Source of the DNA: a virus
Lineage: Duplodnaviria; Caudoviricetes
Strand: one strand, 5' to 3'
DNA length: 53,766 nucleotides
IMG/VR virus record: IMGVR_UViG_3300030116_007293
Location: 1-53,766 of that record
Part shown: one piece after another, positions 28,427-37,648 of the stretch
Position numbering within the stretch: position 1 is the first letter of the stretch
How the letters are laid out: each line of letters starts with the position of its first letter
Position numbers and translations under genes: made by a program
Notes under the pieces: model-generated
Seen by the model: the letters and a program-made list of their open reading frames with translations, nothing else
Databases searched by the model: none
What the model was told of the DNA's origin: nothing

Positions 28427-29011
28427 CTAAAAATTAAAATCGTAAAACTTTCTTGGTTTATCACCTAAAAGGTGCTTGCCAATAACAGAATGATAATAAC
28501 CATCCTTTCTTAATCTTGCTCTAACAAGTGGAGCATCATCGTTTGAAACAACATCCCACTTTTGATCGCACTGGTTAACACAGTGGCCAGCATAACCACC
28601 AGAAACAAACTCTGGTTTCCAACTTTCATCTCTTGTTGCATCCATAGGTCTAATGTCAATAGTTTTATCAGACACAACTTTTACAATCTCATATGGATTT
28701 ACATCTGACCAACCAATGTGATTGGCATAACCATATGTTAATGACTCGATGCTGTAAGTATATTTATATGAAAACTGACCAAGAGTGCCAGTGGCAGGCA
28801 AACCAGAAACAACTTCCCATGCTTCTTTTCTTGTTGCAAAAAGAACTTCTGGTCTTTGAGTTGTTGAAACTCTCTCAGGTTTATCTGTGAAACTTCTTCC
28901 TGAAATTGTGTTAACAACCTTTGAAAAATATGTAGGTTGATATTCATTTGAATGTCCAGTCTTTGTATCAGTGATAACTTCGTGGACTTTTATAGCAAAT
29001 TTTGTAATCAT
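28427..29011 (-). CDS. Hypothetical early protein (194 aa)
   Basis: ATG at 29011 with GAAAGGA RBS, downstream of promoter A. Confidence 0.75.
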   Translation of the reverse strand: MITKFAIKVHEVITDTKTGHSNEYQPTYFSKVVNTISGRSFTDKPERVSTTQRPEVLFATRKEAWEVVSGLPATGTLGQFSYKYTYSIESLTYGYANHIGWSDVNPYEIVKVVSDKTIDIRPMDATRDESWKPEFVSGGYAGHCVNQCDQKWDVVSNDDAPLVRARLRKDGYYHSVIGKHLLGDKPRKFYDFNF

Positions 29012-29039
29012 TTTAGTTCCTTTCTCAATTAATATAGAC

Positions 29040-29099
29040 ATTATCTCTTATTATCTCTGGGAAGTAAAGAAAAAAGATCGTAACAAAAACAATGACTTA
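29040..29099 (-). promoter_or_regulatory. Promoter A with TAAGTCATTGT box
   Basis: Box 29099-29089; TTTACT 29068-29063; 17 nt; GATAAT 29045-29040. Confidence 0.75.
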
Positions 29100-29274
29100 G
29101 AAAAAAAGTTACCAAACACTGGGGTCGGTTTCTCCTAATTATTGTCTTTGGTTAACACAAATAAAATATTGTTTTTAATTAATAAAACGATTAGAGTTAC
29201 CACAGTAACCAATGTTTTTGTAATTTAATAAAATATTTTTTTATCCCCAGATTTTATTTTCTATATATAAAAAC

Positions 29275-29304
29275 TTTACTAATTTACAAATAAAAGGTTA
29301 TATT
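29275..29304 (+). promoter_or_regulatory. Putative promoter of the replication arm
   Basis: TTTACT 29275-29280, 18 nt, TATATT 29299-29304. Confidence 0.5.
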
Positions 29305-29312
29305 TATAAAAC

Positions 29313-29395
29313 GTGCTACGCAGTGGACATAGTTAAGGACTGTTCTCTGTCTCAGTACAGCTGATTAGTGGTTGAACTTGGCAAGCTGGTGGCAC
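29313..29395 (+). ncRNA. Putative structured 5' leader / small RNA
   Basis: GC-richer island closed by GTGCTAC/GTGGCAC, with internal stems, starting near the predicted +1. Confidence 0.4.
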
Positions 29396-29418
29396 AACAA
29401 AATTAAGAAAGGATATAT

Positions 29419-29805
29419 ATGCCAAAAGTATATGTTGTTAATAGACCAGTGAAGAATAAATTTGGTTGGACACCAGATTTAACTGATGCCACTCGTTATG
29501 GAACGATTGAAGTTATATTTGAACCAAATGAAAAGCCACAGTTTCTTCCTGGACCATCTATCCAAAAGGCAAAAAGAATATTAAAGAACTTCAGTCCAGA
29601 CGATTATTTGCTCTGGCCAGGAGGAGGAGACCCAATAGCTGTTATGATCACTTGTATGATAGCATCTGAAATGTCTCCAACAGTCCGTGTTCTCAGATGG
29701 GAACGCAATGTAGAAGAAGGTGAGAGGGATCGACGCAAAGGTTGGTACATGCCTGTCGCCTTGGAACTCAGAAAGGTGAAAGAAAATGAGTATAAATCTG
29801 CTTGA
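29419..29805 (+). CDS. Hypothetical protein, first gene of the replication arm
   Basis: KVYVV...YG...DYLL..GDP...LRW; GAAAGGA RBS. Confidence 0.8.
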   Translation: MPKVYVVNRPVKNKFGWTPDLTDATRYGTIEVIFEPNEKPQFLPGPSIQKAKRILKNFSPDDYLLWPGGGDPIAVMITCMIASEMSPTVRVLRWERNVEEGERDRRKGWYMPVALELRKVKENEYKSA

Positions 29806-30370
29806 TGACGTGGCACCTGCGTCAAATGAATTAGGTGCAATTGCAGATATGGCTCAACAGATGTATGATTTACAAACTGAAATTATACAAGCTGAAGAAT
29901 CATTGAAGCGAAAAAAGCAGGATCTTACGAAGTTGGCTGAACAGTCCTTGCCTGATTTAATGCAAGAACTGAATATCAAAGACTTTACTTTAAACAATGG
30001 TGCGAAGATTAAAGTTGAAGATATTGTCTCTGCTTCTATACCTAGTGCTGGCTCTATTGAAAGAGCAAAAGGCACAGAACGTATAGAATTGCAAGTCCGA
30101 CAGGATCAATGTTTTGATTGGTTGCGTGCTAATAATGGTGGTGACTTAATTAAAAATAATGTTGAAGTTCAATTTGGTCGTGCAGAAGATAATGAATGTG
30201 ATCAGTTTGCAAAAGAGCTGAGAGATCGCAAAATTTTCTACAAACGAGCAACTGGAGTTCATCCTGCACAATTGACAGCATACATAAAAGAAATGTTGTC
30301 TGAAGGGAAATCAATCCCACACGATCTGTTTAAAATTTATACAGGTCGCAGAGCCAAGATAAGGAGATAA
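29786..30370 (+). CDS. Replication-module hypothetical protein
   Basis: Coiled coil, LPDLMQELNI..FTL.NG, FDWLR..GDLIKN, VHP..L. Confidence 0.8.
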   Translation: MSINLLDDVAPASNELGAIADMAQQMYDLQTEIIQAEESLKRKKQDLTKLAEQSLPDLMQELNIKDFTLNNGAKIKVEDIVSASIPSAGSIERAKGTERIELQVRQDQCFDWLRANNGGDLIKNNVEVQFGRAEDNECDQFAKELRDRKIFYKRATGVHPAQLTAYIKEMLSEGKSIPHDLFKIYTGRRAKIRR

Positions 30371-30374
30371 AATT

Positions 30375-31163
30375 ATGGCCAATGAAATAAAGAAAAAAGT
30401 AGAGAGCAATGTAGTGGCTTTCGATAAATCTATATTACTACAGGATGCAGGATCAGCATCTGAAAATATGTCACAAGATGACATTATGATTCCTCGCTTG
30501 AATATACTTCAAGCACAATCACCAAAAGCAATGAAAGCAGATCCTGCTTATATCAAAGGTGCTGAAGCAGGATATATTCTTGACACAGTATCCAATGATG
30601 TCATTGATGGTGAAAAAGGTATTACTGTGGTGCCAATTAGTTATCGCAGAACACATCTAGAATGGAAACCAGACAGAGGTGGTTTGGTAAAAGATCATGG
30701 CAATGATCCTTTTATTTTAACAACTTGTAAACAAAATGAGTTGGGAAAATATTTTAATGATGTTGGCAATGAAGTTGTGCCAACTGCAGAATATATGGTT
30801 TATGTTATTGACGGAACTTTATATTCACCTGCGATGATATCAATGGCATCATCTCAATTACGCAAGGCAAAGCAATGGAACTCTATGATAAATAGATTAC
30901 AGATACCAAGACCAGATGGTGAGGGTGTTATGAATCCTGCTATGTTTTGGACTGCATATAAACTTACAACAGTGCCACAAAAGAATGACAATGGCACTTG
31001 GTTCGGTTGGAATATCGAAATACTCTTTGATGCCAAGTCAGGTGGCATTTTAGAAAAACTTCCAAATGGTCAGGATATATATCTTGCAGCAAGGAAGTTC
31101 AAGAGCAAGGTTACATCAGGTGAGGTTAATGTATCACCAGACGAACAAGATGATGTAATGTAG
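30375..31163 (+). CDS. Putative ssDNA-binding protein
   Basis: DIMIPRLNILQAQSP, aromatic GTWFGW strand, acidic C-tail; position before primase. Confidence 0.6.
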   Translation: MANEIKKKVESNVVAFDKSILLQDAGSASENMSQDDIMIPRLNILQAQSPKAMKADPAYIKGAEAGYILDTVSNDVIDGEKGITVVPISYRRTHLEWKPDRGGLVKDHGNDPFILTTCKQNELGKYFNDVGNEVVPTAEYMVYVIDGTLYSPAMISMASSQLRKAKQWNSMINRLQIPRPDGEGVMNPAMFWTAYKLTTVPQKNDNGTWFGWNIEILFDAKSGGILEKLPNGQDIYLAARKFKSKVTSGEVNVSPDEQDDVM

Positions 31164-31164
31164 T

Positions 31165-31278
31165 TTCATTCTCCCCTCATGGGTCATGGCATGAGGCATG
31201 TTTTCTCGGGGAATGAATAAGGTGCAGTTTGGAGTTGTCCTCTCGCTTTACTTAATGGACCCAACTCCAGCTGCACTT
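31165..31278 (+). promoter_or_regulatory. Tandem long hairpins between SSB-like and primase genes
   Basis: TTCATTCTCC/GGGGAATGAA (31165-31217) and AGGTGCAG..TGGAGTTG/CAACTCCA.CTGCACTT (31220-31278). Confidence 0.65.
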
Positions 31279-31294
31279 TTAAAAAGGAATATAA

Positions 31295-32818
31295 ATGATA
31301 AAAAGATTTATGAATCTGTTCAATGGTTATGAACTTGCTCATGGTCAGTACAGAGTTAAAAAACAAGAAGCAGATGGCAAGATGTCTGGTCGTGCTGTAA
31401 CAGTCAGTGAACCAGCAACAGAAGAAAATTTTAAACATCACTTAAATGGTGGTGATTATATATTAGGGATCATAATGTTGAAACTTGATAACTCTTGCAA
31501 CTTTGGAGTTATTGATATTGACATTCGTGGTGAATCAAAATTAAATGAATCACTTGAAAGTTTAGAAAAGAAAATTAGAAAAACACCATTGATACTTTGC
31601 AGAAGTAAATCTGGTGGTGCTCATTTATATTTATTTTGTAAACCTGCGATTGCTGCAATAGATATGGTTGCCAAGTTAAATGAGTTTGCTGCCCAATTAG
31701 GTTATGGTGGAGCAGAAATATTCCCCAAGCAAATATCAAGAGCCAATGAACGTGATAGAGGAAATTGGATAAATCTTTGTTATTGGGATGGAGATAAAAC
31801 AGAAAGGCATGCAATCTATAATGGCAAAAAATTAAGTTTAAAAGATTTTATAGAGCTCGCAGAAAAGAAAACAACAACTTATGATAAGCTGCAAAATTTT
31901 AAAACTCAATTAACAGATATGTTTAGTGATGGTCCACCATGCCTTCAACATATAATGACGATGGGTTTTCCTGAAGGTGGTCGCAATAATTCTTTGTTCA
32001 ATGTTGGTGTTTATTATCGCAAGAAAAATCCAGACGACTGGCAAGAAGATTTAATGAAGTTTAATTATGAGAATGTTTCAAGTCCATTACCATCCAGTGA
32101 AGTAAATGGATTAATAAAAGCAGTCAGCAAAAAAGATTATGCATATACTTGTAAGCAGACACCAATATGTAATTATTGTGAGAAGTCAAAATGCATGAGA
32201 AGAGAATATGGCATTGGAGGTATTGGTGGTGGTCTGACGATTGAAGTTGATGCCATAACAAAATATGAAACTGAAAATAAATCTTCTGTAAGATGGTATG
32301 TAGAAATGCAAGGTGAAAGAATAGAAGTCACAACCCAGCAATTACTTGACCAAAGACAGCTACAAAAGATGTGTGTTGAAAAATTAAATAAATGCCCTAG
32401 CCTGATGCCAGGATTAAAATGGGAGAAAAGGATAAATGAACTATTGCAGAGTGTTGAAGTAATAGTTGACCCAGACGATGCATCACCACAAGGTCAGTTT
32501 GAAAAAGCATTGGATGCATTTTTAACAGGTAAAGTCCAAGCCAGACAAAAAGATGAAATAATGAATGCCAAACCATGGCACAGCAAAGATGAACAAAAAG
32601 TTTATTTCAGATCAGAAGATTTATTTATATATTTAGAAGCAAGAAGATATCGTTATTCAAGTCAACATCAAATATGGTCTTGGTTGAGGAATCTAGGAGG
32701 TGACAGAAAAACTTTTAAAATAAAAGGCAAAGCAGTAAAAGTTTGGTCTGTGCCTGCACCAGAGTTTTATGAAGATGAGGATCTTGATATACCATCAACA
32801 GTTGAGGAGGATTTTTAA
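31295..32818 (+). CDS. Archaeo-eukaryotic-type primase with PriCT-like domain and Cys cluster
   Basis: IDIDI, RSKSGGAHLY, GNWINL, PPC, GRNNSLFN, C-x5-C-x2-C-x4-C. Confidence 0.85.
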   Translation: MIKRFMNLFNGYELAHGQYRVKKQEADGKMSGRAVTVSEPATEENFKHHLNGGDYILGIIMLKLDNSCNFGVIDIDIRGESKLNESLESLEKKIRKTPLILCRSKSGGAHLYLFCKPAIAAIDMVAKLNEFAAQLGYGGAEIFPKQISRANERDRGNWINLCYWDGDKTERHAIYNGKKLSLKDFIELAEKKTTTYDKLQNFKTQLTDMFSDGPPCLQHIMTMGFPEGGRNNSLFNVGVYYRKKNPDDWQEDLMKFNYENVSSPLPSSEVNGLIKAVSKKDYAYTCKQTPICNYCEKSKCMRREYGIGGIGGGLTIEVDAITKYETENKSSVRWYVEMQGERIEVTTQQLLDQRQLQKMCVEKLNKCPSLMPGLKWEKRINELLQSVEVIVDPDDASPQGQFEKALDAFLTGKVQARQKDEIMNAKPWHSKDEQKVYFRSEDLFIYLEARRYRYSSQHQIWSWLRNLGGDRKTFKIKGKAVKVWSVPAPEFYEDEDLDIPSTVEEDF

Positions 32819-33022
32819 ATGGATGATAAACAATTAGAAAGATCTATTTATATTATAGATTCAGCAGTCAGTTTGATAGTTGCTGAACACAAAGAATCAA
32901 ATCCAGAGATGTCAAGAAGAATACATGCTCATTGGGAAAATTTAAAAATACATTTAAGAGATAATATTAAAGTTGATAAAAGTAAAATATGGACTTTTTG
33001 GAACAATGCTAAAAATAAATGA
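32819..33022 (+). CDS. Hypothetical protein
   Basis: 67 aa, GAGGAGG RBS. Confidence 0.7.
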   Translation: MDDKQLERSIYIIDSAVSLIVAEHKESNPEMSRRIHAHWENLKIHLRDNIKVDKSKIWTFWNNAKNK

Positions 33023-34479
33023 AAAGAGTTAAAATAATACTTGGACCACCAGGAACTGGCAAGACAACAACTTTATTAAATATAGTTGAGGATGCGATAT
33101 CACGTGGCATAAAACCTGAGAGGATTGCATATTTAGCATTTACTCGCAAAGCTGCATATGAAGCACAAGAAAGAGCTATGTTGAAATTTAATTTAGATGA
33201 AGATAGGTTTCCATATTTTAGAACACTCCACTCATTAGCATTTAAGCAACTTGGTCTACAAAGAGATGAAGTAATGACCAATGATCACTATCGCAAGTTC
33301 GGCAAGGCAATGGGGATAAATTTTAAAGGCATATATGATGAAGCATTAGGATTTAGTCTTGGTGATGGTTTAGGTGATAAATGTTCAAGAATAGAGTCTC
33401 TGGCCAGAATGGGGGTCAGAACAGTAGAGCAACAATATCAATTATCAAATACAGAAGATTTAAATTTACATGCTGTAAAACAATATCACAGTGCATTATT
33501 AAAATATAAAAAAGACAATGGCATATTAGACTTCACTGATATGTTAAGTAAATATAACACAGATTTAGATATTGATATTTGTATTATAGATGAAGCACAG
33601 GATTTATCTTCAATACAATATAAAATGGCAATAAAGGTTTCAAGTCTTGCTGATGAAGTTTATATAGCAGGTGATGATGACCAAGCAATATTTGGTTGGG
33701 CAGGAGCAGATGTAAATAAATTTTTAAATTTAAAAGGTGATAGAATAATATTACCACAGTCTTTCAGGATACCAAGATCAGTCCACAAGCTCGCAGTTGA
33801 TATCGTTCAAAGAATAAAAAATAGATATGCCAAGCAATGGTCACCAAGAGAAGAACATGGCAATATAGATTATGTTGTAAATGAACAGGAGATAGATTTT
33901 AGGAAAAAAGGAACATGGATGCTTTTGGCAAGAAGTAAATATTTAACAAACAGGTTGATAAGAGCAGTCCGTCAACAAGGTTTTGCATATTCAATAAATA
34001 ATAAAAGTTCTTTAGAATCAGATGAAACCAGAGCAATAACATCTTGGGAAAGATTAAGAAAAGATACACCAATATCAATGCATGATGCAAAAAATTTACT
34101 TAATTTTTTAAATTTAAAAATAAAATTAGAACCAAAAGATGCTTACAATATATCAGATTTTAGTTTGCCAGATGCTGTAAAAGAATATGACTGGATGAAA
34201 ATGTTGAAAGGCATAGCACCAGATGAAAGAGAATATTTAAGATCATGTTTAAGAAACAATGAAAAGTTTTCTAAAAAACCAAGAATAAATATTTCAACAA
34301 TACATCAGAGCAAAGGTGGTGAGGCAGATAATTTAGTTTTATTAACAGATATGAATTCTAAAAGTTGGCAAAATTTAGGTAATGACGAGGAGAACAGAGT
34401 ATGGTATGTTGCGATAACAAGAGCAAAAGAAAGTCTTTTTATTGTGAGACCAAGAACTTTGAAGAGTTTTAACATATGA
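33019..34479 (+). CDS. UvrD/Rep-like SF1 helicase
   Basis: GPPGTGKT, TLHS, IDEAQD, GDDDQAI, SFR, STIHQSKGGE, YVAITRA. Confidence 0.95.
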   Translation: MKRVKIILGPPGTGKTTTLLNIVEDAISRGIKPERIAYLAFTRKAAYEAQERAMLKFNLDEDRFPYFRTLHSLAFKQLGLQRDEVMTNDHYRKFGKAMGINFKGIYDEALGFSLGDGLGDKCSRIESLARMGVRTVEQQYQLSNTEDLNLHAVKQYHSALLKYKKDNGILDFTDMLSKYNTDLDIDICIIDEAQDLSSIQYKMAIKVSSLADEVYIAGDDDQAIFGWAGADVNKFLNLKGDRIILPQSFRIPRSVHKLAVDIVQRIKNRYAKQWSPREEHGNIDYVVNEQEIDFRKKGTWMLLARSKYLTNRLIRAVRQQGFAYSINNKSSLESDETRAITSWERLRKDTPISMHDAKNLLNFLNLKIKLEPKDAYNISDFSLPDAVKEYDWMKMLKGIAPDEREYLRSCLRNNEKFSKKPRINISTIHQSKGGEADNLVLLTDMNSKSWQNLGNDEENRVWYVAITRAKESLFIVRPRTLKSFNI

Positions 34480-34480
34480 T

Positions 34481-34567
34481 TAAGTCATTGTAAATAAAAG
34501 ATATTCAAAATTAATTTCTTTTTTTGTATTTTTTTGTTTACTTTTAATTTAAAAAGAGAGATAAGAT
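34481..34567 (+). promoter_or_regulatory. Promoter B with TAAGTCATTGT box (upstream of the modification/polymerase operon)
   Basis: Box 34481-34491; TTTACT 34537-34542; 17 nt; GATAAG 34560-34565. Confidence 0.7.
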
Positions 34568-34602
34568 TAATTAAATACATTATTTGAGAAAGGAAAATTA
34601 AC

Positions 34603-35220
34603 ATGAAACATTTTGTATTAAATTTAAGAACTTTTAAAACTGTGGTTGCTTCTTCTGAGCAAGAGGCAAAAAATCTTGGCAACGGATCAATAATATTTAG
34701 GTCTGCAGAGCAACTTGCCAAAAACCCAAATACAACAGGTCAAGTTTTAGTCAGAGCATTCAATGAGCTCTCACCTGTTGAAACTAAAAAATTCGCTGAT
34801 AAAATTTCAGGATCAAAAAGAGTATTCAAACTTGCTGAATCTTCAGCACCTAAAAATGACTTTTATGGTAAGTTTATTCAATCTTCTGATGTTTCCAAAG
34901 AAACCTATAACAGCATCGAAGAGCTCGCAGCCAGTGCTGAAAAGAGCATTGATCTTTATCGTGATAAAGTTTTGAGTGATAAATCAGAACCATCTAAAGG
35001 TGGTGGTAAATTTGCTGGCAAAATTATTACATGCCTTGTATCAGAGAATCCTCGCAGAGAGGGAACTCGTGGTTGGAAAAACTATAATATATTTATAGAA
35101 AATGATGGCATATCATATGAAGACTTCGTTGATATCGCTGCAGGTCATGGCAGCACAAGAGCAGGTTGCAGAGAAGATCTGGCTCATGACATTAAAAAAG
35201 GGAGAGTGTCCTTATCATGA
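34603..35220 (+). CDS. Hypothetical protein, possible C-terminal winged-helix DNA-binding domain
   Basis: NPRREGT...GISYEDF...DL..D..KG pattern; GAAAGGA RBS. Confidence 0.6.
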   Translation: MKHFVLNLRTFKTVVASSEQEAKNLGNGSIIFRSAEQLAKNPNTTGQVLVRAFNELSPVETKKFADKISGSKRVFKLAESSAPKNDFYGKFIQSSDVSKETYNSIEELAASAEKSIDLYRDKVLSDKSEPSKGGGKFAGKIITCLVSENPRREGTRGWKNYNIFIENDGISYEDFVDIAAGHGSTRAGCREDLAHDIKKGRVSLS

Positions 35221-35453
35221 GAAATTTATTTTTAATATCAGTTGTTGGGTTGCTTTCTGCTTGCAGTGGCATCCCCAACACAAAAGTGATAACTGAAAAA
35301 AATATATATTCTTTGAGCAGGAATGAAGTTATAAATGGAATAGAAGATTGTAAGGCAGTTGACTTGAGACCAGTTTTAATTCATGCTCGAAGAAAAATAA
35401 ATAATAGACCAGTGCCAATGGTTGTTGAGGTGAGTTGTGCACCAAAAGGATAA
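35217..35453 (+). CDS. Putative lipoprotein
   Basis: Signal peptide with lipobox LLSAC. Confidence 0.7.
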   Translation: MRNLFLISVVGLLSACSGIPNTKVITEKNIYSLSRNEVINGIEDCKAVDLRPVLIHARRKINNRPVPMVVEVSCAPKG

Positions 35454-35754
35454 AATATTATCTCTCCCATTGCTTATAGAAGTTGTAGACAGTGAATGGG
35501 ATAATTATGAAGTTGGCTCTTCATTTGTTATCGAGGAGCCATTTTCAGCACCAAACATAGATTTTACTAAATATCGAGATTCAAGAATATATTGGGATAC
35601 CAATAAGAAAGGAAAAAATAAATATGATAGTAATAGGAGCAGGGATGGCAGGTCTTCTAGCAGGGAATATGCTGAGAAGATTCAGACCATACATTTGGGA
35701 AGGAAAAGAAGATCTTCCAATAAATCACAGTGCATTGCTGAGGTTCAGAACTGA
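35437..35754 (+). CDS. Uncertain hypothetical ORF
   Basis: Fills the gap but overlaps the next gene by about 130 nt. Confidence 0.35.
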   Translation: MHQKDKILSLPLLIEVVDSEWDNYEVGSSFVIEEPFSAPNIDFTKYRDSRIYWDTNKKGKNKYDSNRSRDGRSSSREYAEKIQTIHLGRKRRSSNKSQCIAEVQN

Positions 35755-36571
35755 AAAAGTTGGTATTGCAACAGCCATACCATTTGAAAAAGTCAAAGTA
35801 AATAAAGCAATAAAATACGATGGCAAGCTGATAACTGAACCCAGTGTGTTTTTAAGTAATATGTATTCTGAAAAAGTAACAGGAGCAGTTTTGCCTCGAT
35901 CTATAGACAGCCTTGAAACTGTTGAAAGATATATTGCTCCAAATAATTTTGTTCATACTATGGCAACAAATTGTAATATAGCATTTAGAAAAAGATTTGA
36001 TTTTGATAATTGGATGAGCAAGCAATATAGAACACCATTAATATCTACAATACCAATGCCAGCACTTATGAAGATGGTTGGCTGGAAAGATATGCCAGAT
36101 TTTAATTTTCAAAACATTTGGACTCAAAAAGCAGTTATTGATGAACCAGAATGCAATGTTCATCAGACGATATATTATCCAGATCCAACTGTCCCATATT
36201 ACAGGATATCTATTATGGGGAATGTTATAATATCTGAATTTATTAAAGAGCCATCAGAATATATTGGTGGTCATTTATCAAATGTGCTCTATGAAGATTT
36301 TGGTTTCATGCCAAAAAAATTAATTGATCTAAAAGATTCAAAACAAGTTTATGGTAAAATAAAACCTATTGATGAAAATTTAAGAAAAGAATTCGTATTT
36401 GAAATGACAAACAAATACAAAATTTATTCTGTTGGTCGGTTCGCAACTTGGCGACAGTTATTATTGGATGATCTAATAAATGATTTAAAAATGATCGACA
36501 GTTTTATAACGAGTGATTCAAATTACTCAAGATTAATACACTCTCAGAAAGGAGAAAACAATGAAAGTTAA
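35624..36571 (+). CDS. FAD-dependent oxidoreductase (UDP-galactopyranose mutase / amine-oxidase-like fold)
   Basis: IVIGAGMAGL Rossmann motif, LISTIP, C-terminal IYSVGRFATW. Confidence 0.8.
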   Translation: MIVIGAGMAGLLAGNMLRRFRPYIWEGKEDLPINHSALLRFRTEKVGIATAIPFEKVKVNKAIKYDGKLITEPSVFLSNMYSEKVTGAVLPRSIDSLETVERYIAPNNFVHTMATNCNIAFRKRFDFDNWMSKQYRTPLISTIPMPALMKMVGWKDMPDFNFQNIWTQKAVIDEPECNVHQTIYYPDPTVPYYRISIMGNVIISEFIKEPSEYIGGHLSNVLYEDFGFMPKKLIDLKDSKQVYGKIKPIDENLRKEFVFEMTNKYKIYSVGRFATWRQLLLDDLINDLKMIDSFITSDSNYSRLIHSQKGENNES

Positions 36572-37208
36572 ATTAATATCTTGCACAGACGATGCAGTGG
36601 ACTTATTACTGTTCACAAAAAATACCAGACTCATGAATGATGAGGATGCTTTTAGTAAAATTAAAGAATGGGATGATGATAAAAAACAAGCAGAGCTTGA
36701 TTATATGCTTCAAACTATAAAATCATCCTGGGAATTTATTGATTATGTTTTTGATATAAGAGATGTAACAAGAGGATTTACACATCAGTTTGTAAGAACT
36801 CGTCAAGCATCTTATGCTCAACAATCTCAAAGGACTGTTGATATGCAGGGATTTAATTATTCAGTCCCAGAAAAAATAGCCAACGATGAAAAGGCAAAAT
36901 TAATTTATGACCAGACTATGGAATTAATTAATATGCGATACCAGCAATTAAGAGAGCTGGGTGTTCATGCTGAAGATGCTCGTGGAGTTCTGCCAACAAA
37001 TATCCATACAAATATTGTTGCAAAATTTAATTTAAGAACTTTGCATGAGATGGCAAAAAGCAGATTGAGTCCAAGAGCACAGGGTGAATATCGTGAGGTG
37101 TTTACATTAATGGTTGATGAAGTTGTAAAAAAGCACCCATGGGCAAAACCTTTTTTAACTCCAAAAGAATGGGCTGCACCATCTATGTATAAGGCATTAA
37201 ATAAATGA
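36561..37208 (+). CDS. thyX: ThyX-fold flavoenzyme, non-canonical active site
   Basis: HQFVRTRQASYAQQSQR, EDARGVLP, NLRTL...RL...AQGEYR. Confidence 0.85.
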   Translation: MKVKLISCTDDAVDLLLFTKNTRLMNDEDAFSKIKEWDDDKKQAELDYMLQTIKSSWEFIDYVFDIRDVTRGFTHQFVRTRQASYAQQSQRTVDMQGFNYSVPEKIANDEKAKLIYDQTMELINMRYQQLRELGVHAEDARGVLPTNIHTNIVAKFNLRTLHEMAKSRLSPRAQGEYREVFTLMVDEVVKKHPWAKPFLTPKEWAAPSMYKALNK

Positions 37209-37648
37209 AGAGGACAATCATATCAGATCTTGATGGCACAATATCTAATTATGAACATAGAGCTCATTTATATAATGATTTGCTTTACAGTGAATTCAAC
37301 AAAGCAGGAGCAGATGATCCACCAATAGAGAACATCTGCAATATCCTCAGAGCTTTGAAAGATGATGAAACTGAGATAATTATATTGACTGCCAGAGATG
37401 AATCATGTAGAGCCATGACTTTGAAATGGCTTGAATTAAACGATATTCCATGTGACCAGTTATACATGCGACCATTAAATGACACCACTAGTGACCATAT
37501 AACAAAGGAAAATTTATACAAAAACAATCTTTCTGACAGAAATGTATGGTTTGTGCTTGAGGATAGAGCTGTTTGTGTTAATATGTGGAGAGCATTAGGT
37601 TTGAGCTGTTTAGCAGTTAAGGAGATAAAAAATGTCCATAGAAGTTAA
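37205..37648 (+). CDS. HAD phosphatase, T4 PseT 3'-phosphatase-like
   Basis: DLDGT, LTAR, LYMRP..D...D...K, LEDR..CV.MWR.LG. Confidence 0.88.
   Translation: MKRTIISDLDGTISNYEHRAHLYNDLLYSEFNKAGADDPPIENICNILRALKDDETEIIILTARDESCRAMTLKWLELNDIPCDQLYMRPLNDTTSDHITKENLYKNNLSDRNVWFVLEDRAVCVNMWRALGLSCLAVKEIKNVHRS

Noticed and set aside
29313-29399. tRNA or hammerhead ribozyme
   Set aside because: A 7-bp closing stem and GGTTGAA resemble tRNA, but arm spacing is wrong and there is no CCA; CTGATTA is not CUGANGA and there is no GAAA core
34480-34494. CtrA box or integrase/att site reading of the TAAGTCATTG motif
   Set aside because: Only one copy approaches TTAA-N7-TTAA; no integrase is encoded, and every copy is tied to a promoter
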